DNA from: an uncultured Spirochaetota bacterium
Lineage (GTDB): Bacteria > Spirochaetota > Spirochaetia > SZUA-6 > Fen-1364
Length of the DNA: 64,000 bases
Reading direction: 5' to 3'
Assembly: GCA_963734545.1 (NCBI GenBank)
Contig: CAVTHO010000007.1
Location: 448,001-512,000 of the forward strand
The notes under the pieces were generated by a model, which did no database searches, was not told the origin of the DNA, and saw only the letters and a program-made list of their open reading frames with translations. Below, in pieces: positions 9,513 through 17,389 of the stretch. Position numbers and translations under genes: made by a program. Numbering within the stretch: position 1 is the first letter of the stretch; each line of letters begins with the position of its first letter.

Positions 9513-11227
9513 AGAGTTCCATCGTGACAAAGCTCATCGGCGGTACCGTGCTCCTGGTCGTCACAATCGCCCTCCTTGCCCTGTGCCTTGCCGCAGGGAT
9601 CGTGGCCGACACCACCGTGACAAACGATGCGCGCTCGCTCGCCTCCGTGGCGGAAAAGCTGCAGATCATCGAGCTTCGGGCCCGCGCGCTCTCTCCAAGC
9701 CCGGATCCGATATCGGTACGCACCGCGCTCGAGGAAGTCCGCGCGGCCAACCAGGAGCTGCTGCGGCTGCTGGACGCCCGGCCCCCCTCGCCCGTCGACA
9801 TGTATATCTACCCGCCGGAAGTGCTCACCGCCACGCGCGGGATCGACGAGTCGCTGCATGGTGGCTGGCAGGCGGAACTGGTGAGGTTCACGGATTCCCT
9901 TGCACGACTTGCCGAGGGCACGGAAGCGCCTGCGCGTCTCGACTCGCTCTCACCCGCTTTCATCGATGTCACGGAGAGAGCTGCCCGTGCCGTGCGGGAC
10001 AACGTCGCCCGGATCTACGACGCGCGGCGGAACATCGCCCGGTCGTTCCTTGCGCTTTTTGCCCTGCTGTCAGCGGTGGGCATCCTGTCGGCCTTTGCCT
10101 ACTCGCTCGCCACCCTGCTGCGATTGCGAAAAGATTTCACCCGTCTGATCACGTTCGGCCGCCGGATCTCGGAGGGCGACTTCTCTGCCCGGCCCGGCAT
10201 CGAGCGCAATGACGAGATCGGCGAGCTCGCGGCTCAACTGCGGAACATGAGCTCACTGGAGAGCTCCGTCGTCGCCCTTCGTTCCCTGGGGGACAGGCTG
10301 GCAACGGAAAGCTCGCGGCTGGCGGAAGGCATTGCCGGCACGGTCGCGTCGGTGAACAGCCAGACGCAGCTCATGGAACAGACGAACAGCGGGTTCGAGG
10401 GCATCGTCGGCGCGGTACGCAAAATGGCACAGAACGCCTCGGTGAGCCTCGAGACAGCCCAGGAGGGCGGCCGGGCGGTGGAGAAGTCGCTGGAGAAGAT
10501 CACGCGCGGCATGGAGGCGACCCGCTTCCTGGAGGAACGGACCGCGCGCATCGAGGAAGTCGTGTCGCTGATCGGCGATGTTGCGGATCAGACGGAGCTG
10601 CTGTCGCTGAATGCCGCCATAGAAGCCGCGCGCGCGGGGGAGGCGGGCAGGGGTTTCACCGTCGTCGCCCAGCAGGTGCGAAAGCTCGCGGACAGGAGCG
10701 CGCGCGCCGCCTCCGAGATCGCGGACCTCGTGCAGGCGGTGCTCGACGCCGTGCGGAGGATTGCGGCGGACGCGAAGGAGTCCTTCGCGGTGAGCGACTC
10801 CCTGAAGGGCATCCTCGCCAGGATTTCCGCCACCATCCAGTCCATAACCGATCTGGCCCGAGCCGCCACCGAAGGCGTCGGTCAGGCGGATTCCACCCTC
10901 GGCAGCATGGTCGGATTGTCATCCGACACGTCAGGTCTCGCTGCCGAGCTCTCCGGCTCCAGCAAGACACTTGGCGAGATCGTCCACCAGATGGAAGAGC
11001 TCATCAAAGGGCTGTCGCATGGAGAGAAGCGCGCGGAAGCCGCGGCACCTTCGGAGGCTCCGCCGGCGACCCTCCCGCCATTGCCTGACGCGCCCGCACG
11101 TGCTCCCCTCACTTCGGACCTGAAAGGGATGCTGCCGGAGGAGACGCCGTCTTCGCTCACACGCGGGATGGCGCAGGAGGGCCTCGAGGCCGAGGAAATA
11201 GAGGAATTGGAATCCGCTGAGGATTGA
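9509..11227 (+). CDS. Methyl-accepting chemotaxis protein
   Basis: Two TM segments, HAMP (NDEIGELA) and hairpin tip [34 protein letters not shown]. Confidence 0.9.
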   Translation: MKSSIVTKLIGGTVLLVVTIALLALCLAAGIVADTTVTNDARSLASVAEKLQIIELRARALSPSPDPISVRTALEEVRAANQELLRLLDARPPSPVDMYIYPPEVLTATRGIDESLHGGWQAELVRFTDSLARLAEGTEAPARLDSLSPAFIDVTERAARAVRDNVARIYDARRNIARSFLALFALLSAVGILSAFAYSLATLLRLRKDFTRLITFGRRISEGDFSARPGIERNDEIGELAAQLRNMSSLESSVVALRSLGDRLATESSRLAEGIAGTVASVNSQTQLMEQTNSGFEGIVGAVRKMAQNASVSLETAQEGGRAVEKSLEKITRGMEATRFLEERTARIEEVVSLIGDVADQTELLSLNAAIEAARAGEAGRGFTVVAQQVRKLADRSARAASEIADLVQAVLDAVRRIAADAKESFAVSDSLKGILARISATIQSITDLARAATEGVGQADSTLGSMVGLSSDTSGLAAELSGSSKTLGEIVHQMEELIKGLSHGEKRAEAAAPSEAPPATLPPLPDAPARAPLTSDLKGMLPEETPSSLTRGMAQEGLEAEEIEELESAED

Positions 11228-11289
11228 TGGAGCGAGCGCGAATCCCGCCGACCTCGCCGACCGCGTCGGGAGCGCGAGAAAGCGAGGCC

Positions 11290-12382
11290 TTACCTGCTCT
11301 CGATACTGGCGGAGAGCGACTTTCTTTTCTGGTTCATGGAATGCAGCACGGCGTAGGCGAGCGCGGCAGTTGCCCACACGGCTGCCAGCAGCAGTGCCGC
11401 TTGTCCTCGCCGCAGGAATAAGGACACCACCGCAGCTATCCCCGCGTACGCGCACCAGCCGTAGAGGATCAGGAGTATCGTCGTTTCATTGAGCCCGAGC
11501 GCCAGGAGCTTGTGGTGGATATGGTCTCTGTCGGGTTTGTAGATCGGCCGCCGTGCCCTTACCCTCCGGGCAATTGCGGCGATCGTATCGATGATGGGGA
11601 TGAGCAGGACGGTGGCAGGAGCGAACAGATCGACGATGGATGTGCTCCCTGCGCCGCCCATGAGAGGGATCACAGCCAGGACGAACCCCAGGAGGAGACT
11701 CCCCGAGTCCCCCATGAATATGCGGGCCGGCGGCAGGTTGAATGCGAGGAAGCCGAGGACCGCGCCGAGAAGCGAGAATGCAACGAGGGCCGGCATGACC
11801 TGCCCCTGCAGAAGGCACATGACCCCGAGCGAGAGAGCGGAGAAGCCCGTGATCCCCCCCGCCAGCCCGTCGATCCCGTCCACCAGGTTGATGGCGTTGC
11901 TTATTGTGACGATCCAGAGCGCCGTGACCGGGTAGGCGAATATGCCCAGGGAGAGCTCCGGCAGGCCGGGGATCCGGATGACGGAAATGGTGAAACCACC
12001 CACGGTGACCAGGACAGCGGCAGCGATCTGGAGAGAGAACTTGAGCTCCGCGCGCAGGTTGTGGAAATCGTCCACGAGACCCAGCACGAAGATCAGGCAG
12101 AACGCCGAGAAGACCGGGCAGGTACCGGACGCTGTAGCTCACCGGCCATGAATCGGGAAACAGAGCGGGGAGGACCAGGGGCACTGCCACCGAAGATATC
12201 ACCAGCCCGAAAAAGAGCCCGATCCCGCCGAGGCGAGGGATGGGGTCAGTATGGATCTTGCGTTCATTGGGAATATCGAACCATCGCCTCTGGTGGGCAA
12301 CGAGAATCACCAGAGGCATCATCACTATGCTGATTATGAGTGCCAGTGCACCGGCGGCCGCCAGGGCGCTTGCCGTTTCCAT
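11290..12382 (-). CDS. WecA/TagO-type polyprenyl-phosphate GlcNAc-1-P transferase (frameshift near 12118)
   Basis: KIHTDPIPRLGG, GLVDD, NAINLVDGIDGL, FMGDSGS and DRDHIHHKL motifs split over two frames. Confidence 0.9.
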
Positions 12383-12416
12383 ACGGGCCAGAGGATAGGG
12401 CGTATCGGAGCCCGTG

Positions 12417-12854
12417 TCAACTCGAAGGCCCCTCCTGGCGAGACCTGATTCGTTCGTATGACTGGTTTATCCTTTTCGTGATATCCAGCGCGATTTGCTG
12501 CTTCTCCGGATCCCCGGAATGCTTGTCAGGATGGTATTTCAGCATGAGGCTCTTGTACGATTTCACCACCGTCGCCATGTCGGCACCGAAGGGTACCTCG
12601 AGGTTTGCGTAGTCGGCGCGCAGCGATTCGTCCACCGGACGAGGCGGCCGCGTGGACTCCCTCTCCCGGCTCCCGCGGCCCGCCTCATGCGTGCCCTCCC
12701 GCATGTAGTCGTCCAGCTCTTCCCATGCGCTTTGCATGTCTGGGTCGCGAAATCGCGTCTCGTCACCGCCCCGTGACCGTCCGCCCGCGGTCCGCCCGTC
12801 GTCCGAAAACAGCGAGCGGAGGAACTCCGCAAGCCTGTCGATGAATCCCTCCAC
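12417..12854 (-). CDS. C-terminal J-domain (DnaJ-like) protein
   Basis: YKSLMLKYHPDK and RINQSY J-domain motifs; GTG start inferred. Confidence 0.8.
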   Translation of the reverse strand: MEGFIDRLAEFLRSLFSDDGRTAGGRSRGGDETRFRDPDMQSAWEELDDYMREGTHEAGRGSRERESTRPPRPVDESLRADYANLEVPFGADMATVVKSYKSLMLKYHPDKHSGDPEKQQIALDITKRINQSYERIRSRQEGPSS

Positions 12855-12859
12855 GCGTG

Positions 12860-13711
12860 TTACTCCGTCGTGCCCTCTGCGAAATCGTATGTTCCCGTGA
12901 ACACGTATCCCGCAGGGCCTGTCAGCCAGATGTGATTGTCGGACTCCTCCCACTGGAGAAAGACGTCGCCGCCCTTGAGGTGGACAAAGACCTCGCGGTC
13001 CGTGAATCCATTCACCACCGATGCCACGAGGGCGGCCGCGGCACAGGCGCACTCGTCTCCCGGGGAGCTCTCGTCCCCTTCCCAGACCCTCATCCGCGCT
13101 TCCTCCCGGGAGAACACCTGCACGAAGCCTATCCCGGTGCCTTCGGGAAAGTCCGGCTGCGCCGCGATCGTGCGCGCCGTCTTTCTCAGGGGAAAGGAGA
13201 AATCGGGAACAAAGAGCATCGCGTAGGGCCGGCCGAGGGAGATCGGGGTGTACGATACCGTCCGTCCTTCCACGAGGATGCTGCGCGTGAAGGAATCCTT
13301 GTTGCTCTCCCGGATCTCCTGCTGCGTCTGGCGGCTGAATGGAAGCCCCATATCGACGCGTACATTGGCGCTGTCTATGATCTGCACGCGCAGCCTTCCC
13401 GCCGGCGTACCGATCATGAAATCACTGGTCTTCACCGCGCCGGAATCCGTGGCATAGCGCGCGGCGCAGCGGGTGGCGTTGCAGGAAATGCCGGTCTCAT
13501 TGCCGTCCGGATCGAATGAGCGGACGGAAAGATCCGCGTCATCCGAAGTCCCGAGCAGGACAAGCGCATTGCCGCCGACGCCAAAGCTGCGGTCCAGGCT
13601 GCGCCGCGCGAGCAGCGGGAACTGCGTGTGCGCCTCCAGGGGGACGCGCGCGGCATCAACGATGAGCACGTCATCACCGCAGCCCTGCATCTTAAGGAAC
13701 GCGATTTCCAT
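12860..13711 (-). CDS. dapF: Diaminopimelate epimerase-like protein with altered catalytic motifs
   Basis: FLKMQGCGDD, FGVGGNAL, RCAARY, VRVDMG, RVWE and LTGPA fit the DapF fold; lies downstream of lysC. The CGN and CGT motifs are altered. Confidence 0.7.
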   Translation of the reverse strand: MEIAFLKMQGCGDDVLIVDAARVPLEAHTQFPLLARRSLDRSFGVGGNALVLLGTSDDADLSVRSFDPDGNETGISCNATRCAARYATDSGAVKTSDFMIGTPAGRLRVQIIDSANVRVDMGLPFSRQTQQEIRESNKDSFTRSILVEGRTVSYTPISLGRPYAMLFVPDFSFPLRKTARTIAAQPDFPEGTGIGFVQVFSREEARMRVWEGDESSPGDECACAAAALVASVVNGFTDREVFVHLKGGDVFLQWEESDNHIWLTGPAGYVFTGTYDFAEGTTE

Positions 13712-13758
13712 TCGATACGACGCTACCCCGTGCGCCGAGAGAGTGCAAGGCCTAGCCA

Positions 13759-14090
13759 TGGATGGCGAGGGCCGACGAGCACATGGATGTGCGCAAGGAG
13801 GCCCCTTGGCCCTTCCGCGGTACTCCGCGGAGTTGGATGGCGAGGGCCGACGAGCACATGGATGTGCGCAAGGAGGCCCCTTGGCCCTTCCGCGGTACTC
13901 CGCGGAGTTGGATGGCTACCGCGCCAAAATGACGCGCAAACTCCGCCAACTCTGCCAGGAGCAGAAGGGAGCGGAAGGCGCGTCGGGCGCGGTAAGAGGG
14001 CCGACGAGCACAGGGATGCCCAGGGCGGCAGGCGTTTGCAGCGCAAACGCCGAGAGCCTGCGAAAGGAGGCCCCTTAGCCCTTCCGCGGA
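13759..14090 (+). repeat. 75-bp tandem repeat (2 exact copies) plus a diverged third copy, rich in hairpins and GGA motifs
   Basis: Units start at 13759 and 13834, with a partial third start at 13909. A variant copy at 13996-14090 carries an inserted hairpin GGCGTTTGC-AGC-GCAAACGCC. Confidence 0.9.
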
Positions 14091-14094
14091 AGCT

Positions 14095-15435
14095 CTACTC
14101 CCGGAAGAACTCCTCGTGAAGACTGCGGACGGATTCATCCGTGGACTCCACGGGCACGACCAGGGAGAGATTGATGTCCGAGGCACCGAGGCAGATCATG
14201 CGCACCGGCGTGCTCTTGAGGCAGGAGAAGACCCTGGCGAGAAAAACGGTGTCCTTCCAGAGGTCCTGTCCGACCAGGCAGATGATGCTTTTCTCCGCCT
14301 CGACGCCCACCGTCCCGATCTCCGAGAGGTCGCGCGCAATGCTGTTGACCGCCGCGGGATTGTCGATCGTGACCGACACGGACACCTCCGACGTGGCGAT
14401 CAGGTCCACCGGAGTCAGGTACTTCTCGAATATCTCGAATATCCTGCGCAGGAACCCGTACGCCAGGAGCATCCGCGAAGAGCTGATGCTGACCAGCGTG
14501 ATGCCCTTTTTGCACGCGATTGCCTTCAAGCCGTTCGCGGGGATGCTGGAGACGATCTTTGTGCCCGCGTCGTCGGGCCGGAAGGTGTTCTTCACCCAGA
14601 CGGGGATTCCGAGATTTATCGCAGGCTGGATGGTGGAGGGATGAATGACCTTGGCCCCGAAGTACGCAAGCTCAGCCGCTTCACGATAGCTGATCTGATC
14701 TATGGTTCGTGCGCTTTTGACTATCCGCGGGTCCGAGGTCATGATGCCGGTCACATCCGTCCAGATCTGGACCTCTTCCGCACGCAGGGCGGCCCCCACG
14801 ATTGTGGCCGTGTAGTCGGAGCCGCCGCGGCCCAGCGTGGTGGTGGCGCCGCCGGAGGTGGAGGCAATGAACCCCTGCATGATCGCCAGGGTCCCCGGCT
14901 GAGGCCGGACCCGGGAAGAAATGAGCCGGTTGGTCAGGTCCTCGATGGGGACGGCAGAAGTGAAGTTGTCGTCCGTTTTCACGAGCTCGCGGGAATCGAA
15001 GAGCTCCACCTGCATGCCGCGCTCCCGGGCGCGGTGGAGGAGGACGATCGTGGAAAGCCTTTCACCGAAAGAGAGGATTGCATCGTTGCTGCGTTTCGAC
15101 CACTCCTTGAGCATTGCCAGGGCCTTGATGAACGCGCGCAGCTCGCCGCAGACGCCATTCAGGTCCGCCTCGCAGCGCGCGAGGTTCGCTCCGGAGAGGA
15201 AAGCGCGTGCGCAGGCAAGGTGGCGCTCCAGGACAGCGGAGAGTATGGCCTCCGCCTCCGCCTCGCTGCCGGCCCCCACGAGCTTCGCAATCTCCTGGAG
15301 CTGGTCGGTGACCCTGGCCATGGCGGAGGCCACGAGCACGGGGGCCCTGTCGATCTGCCGCTCCACGATCGCGAGCGTCGCGTCCATCATCTCCGCGTTC
15401 TGAACGGATGTGCCGCCGAATTTCAAAACGATCAT
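14095..15435 (-). CDS. lysC: Aspartate kinase
   Basis: MIVLKFGGTSV, SFGERLS, TTLGRGGSDYTA, IWTDVTG, ELAYFGAKVIHP and C-terminal ACT domains. Confidence 0.95.
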   Translation of the reverse strand: MIVLKFGGTSVQNAEMMDATLAIVERQIDRAPVLVASAMARVTDQLQEIAKLVGAGSEAEAEAILSAVLERHLACARAFLSGANLARCEADLNGVCGELRAFIKALAMLKEWSKRSNDAILSFGERLSTIVLLHRARERGMQVELFDSRELVKTDDNFTSAVPIEDLTNRLISSRVRPQPGTLAIMQGFIASTSGGATTTLGRGGSDYTATIVGAALRAEEVQIWTDVTGIMTSDPRIVKSARTIDQISYREAAELAYFGAKVIHPSTIQPAINLGIPVWVKNTFRPDDAGTKIVSSIPANGLKAIACKKGITLVSISSSRMLLAYGFLRRIFEIFEKYLTPVDLIATSEVSVSVTIDNPAAVNSIARDLSEIGTVGVEAEKSIICLVGQDLWKDTVFLARVFSCLKSTPVRMICLGASDINLSLVVPVESTDESVRSLHEEFFRE

Positions 15436-15585
15436 TAATTGGCTTGTCCTTTCTTCAGCTCGTCCTCGTTGATCCACGACAGCTACCACATACGCGCTGT
15501 TGTGTCAATAATTTCCATTCGAAACGTGCATAAACTTGCACCCGTATTGCTATTTTCCCGCTGTCCCGCATAATCGGTCGTGCAC

Positions 15586-16557
15586 ATGGAAATTACGATC
15601 ATGGGCCCGGGGGCTGTCGGCACTCTCATTGGCGGCCTGCTCGGGATCAGCGGACACAAGGTGACTTTTCTCGGGAGGAGGCCGGCTCCGAATCCTGGTC
15701 TGCCCGTCCGCGTTGTTCTTCCTCGGCAGTGGCTTCTGGCTGAAGGCCTGCAACATGCCGGGCCCGGGGAGCCGGGCGGCGCCAGCGACGCGTATCTCAT
15801 GACCATGGGAAGGCATCACCTGCATGCTGCGCGCAGGCCGGACGTTATCCGCCTGATCGGGGAAGGGGACGCGCCCGTCGCTTTCTTCAACTGCGAGCCT
15901 TCAGAGCCGATCAGGCTTGCCGTGCCGGGTGACCGGGTGCGGCTCTGCCTGACCCTGATGAATGCGGTCAAGCTGCAGACGGCCGATGTCGAGCTTATGA
16001 CGGAAAGGCCCGCGATCGTGTTCGAGCGTTCCCCGGTTCTCGCGCGGCTTTTTCGGGGGCTCGCCGATTTCGGGTTCCAGGTTCTTGCGGTGGACGATGC
16101 GAGGCCGTTCCTGAACTCGCTCCTCGTCGCCCAGCTTCTCTTTCTGCCGGTTGCGATGTGCAATACGACGCCGAACGGCTTCCTTTCTTCTCCCAAGGGC
16201 AGGGAGCTCGCCTCGAGCCTCCTCTCGGAAGGGTTTGCCGCCATGGAGCGCGCCGACATGCCCCTTGCTCCCCTGCCGCTCATGGACCCCCGCGAGTTGG
16301 CCGCCCGGCTGGAGAGAAAGCCAGGCTCCTTCGAATCGGTCCCCCCGTCGCCGGACCGGGAATACAACAGCGTGCTACAGTCTCTCCTGCGGGGCAGGCC
16401 CACCGAGGCGGCCCAGCTCAACAAGCGCATGGTGGAGATCGCTTCTTCCGCGGGCCTGCACCTCACCTGGAACTGGCGCATACTCCAGAAGGCGAGCCGG
16501 GTGACGAGCATCGGCTTCTACCGCGATCCCGCTGAGCTTCTGCGGTCCCTGGCATAG
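15586..16557 (+). CDS. Ketopantoate reductase (PanE/ApbA)-like protein, divergent
   Basis: Rossmann motif IMGPGAVGTLIGG; C-terminal SVLQSLLRGRPTE resembles ApbA_C SMLQD..GR.TE. Confidence 0.6.
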   Translation: MEITIMGPGAVGTLIGGLLGISGHKVTFLGRRPAPNPGLPVRVVLPRQWLLAEGLQHAGPGEPGGASDAYLMTMGRHHLHAARRPDVIRLIGEGDAPVAFFNCEPSEPIRLAVPGDRVRLCLTLMNAVKLQTADVELMTERPAIVFERSPVLARLFRGLADFGFQVLAVDDARPFLNSLLVAQLLFLPVAMCNTTPNGFLSSPKGRELASSLLSEGFAAMERADMPLAPLPLMDPRELAARLERKPGSFESVPPSPDREYNSVLQSLLRGRPTEAAQLNKRMVEIASSAGLHLTWNWRILQKASRVTSIGFYRDPAELLRSLA

Positions 16558-16570
16558 GAAGGAGAAGAAC

Positions 16571-17389
16571 ATGGAACCCGGATTTGCCCGGAAACTCGAG
16601 GACGCCTGGTCTGCCTTGTCCGCGCACCATGCCCGCACGCCGTCAATCGGCGTCATCCTCGGCTCCGGGCTCGGAGCGTTCGCCGCACAGGCAGGCGGCG
16701 TCGAGGTGCCTTTTTCAGCCATTCCCGGCTTCCCGCGGCCCACGGTGGCCGGGCACGCGGGACGTCTCAAGCTGGGCAGGACCGTGGCCGTCATGGCGGG
16801 ACGCGTCCACTACTACGAAGGCCACCCCATCGACGACGTGGTGCTCCCTGTCTTCCTTCTTCACCGCTTCGGCGTGCGGACGCTGATCGTCACGAACGCG
16901 TCGGGAGGCGTCAACAGGGCCTACGCTCCCGGCGATCTCGTGCTGATCAGCGATCATGTGAACCTCATGGGCGTGAATCCGCTGCGGGGGCCCTCCCTCG
17001 ACATCGGGCCGAGATTTCCCGACATGACCGCAGCCTACGACCCGGCCCTTCGCTCTCTCGCGCGCACGGCATCGGGTCAGGCGCTCCAGGAAGGAGTGTA
17101 TGCGGCGTTTGCGGGGCCCTCGTATGAGACGCCGGCCGAGATCCGCATGCTCGCTGCCATTGGTGTCGACCTCGTGGGAATGTCCACGGTGCCTGAGGTG
17201 ATAGCAGCCTCGTACCTCGGCATGCGGGTGCTGGGCGTCTCCTGTGTCACCAACGCGGCGGCGGGGATCCTTCCCCAGCCGCTGGATCATGCCGAGGTGA
17301 TCGCCCGCGGCAAGGAAGCGGCCCCCCGTTTCATCAGGCTCCTGGAGGAGACAATCGGACGCCTCGGGGGGAGCCTCGGTGAGGGCTGA
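16571..17389 (+). CDS. punA: Purine-nucleoside phosphorylase (trimeric type)
   Basis: ILGSGLG, GRVHYYEG, TNASGG, GPSYETPAE and GMSTVPE motifs. Confidence 0.92.
   Translation: MEPGFARKLEDAWSALSAHHARTPSIGVILGSGLGAFAAQAGGVEVPFSAIPGFPRPTVAGHAGRLKLGRTVAVMAGRVHYYEGHPIDDVVLPVFLLHRFGVRTLIVTNASGGVNRAYAPGDLVLISDHVNLMGVNPLRGPSLDIGPRFPDMTAAYDPALRSLARTASGQALQEGVYAAFAGPSYETPAEIRMLAAIGVDLVGMSTVPEVIAASYLGMRVLGVSCVTNAAAGILPQPLDHAEVIARGKEAAPRFIRLLEETIGRLGGSLGEG

Noticed and set aside
13759-14090. CRISPR array or hammerhead ribozyme reading of the repeat
   Set aside because: The units are identical with no unique spacers and no cas genes. The CCGACGAG...CGAAAG core resembles CUGANGA/GAAA, but U4 is missing, two copies have GCAA, and the stem I/III junction does not fit.
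13712-14094. Lysine riboswitch near lysC/dapF
   Set aside because: No L-box consensus (AGAGGUGC start, long P2/P3) on the minus strand here or upstream of lysC.
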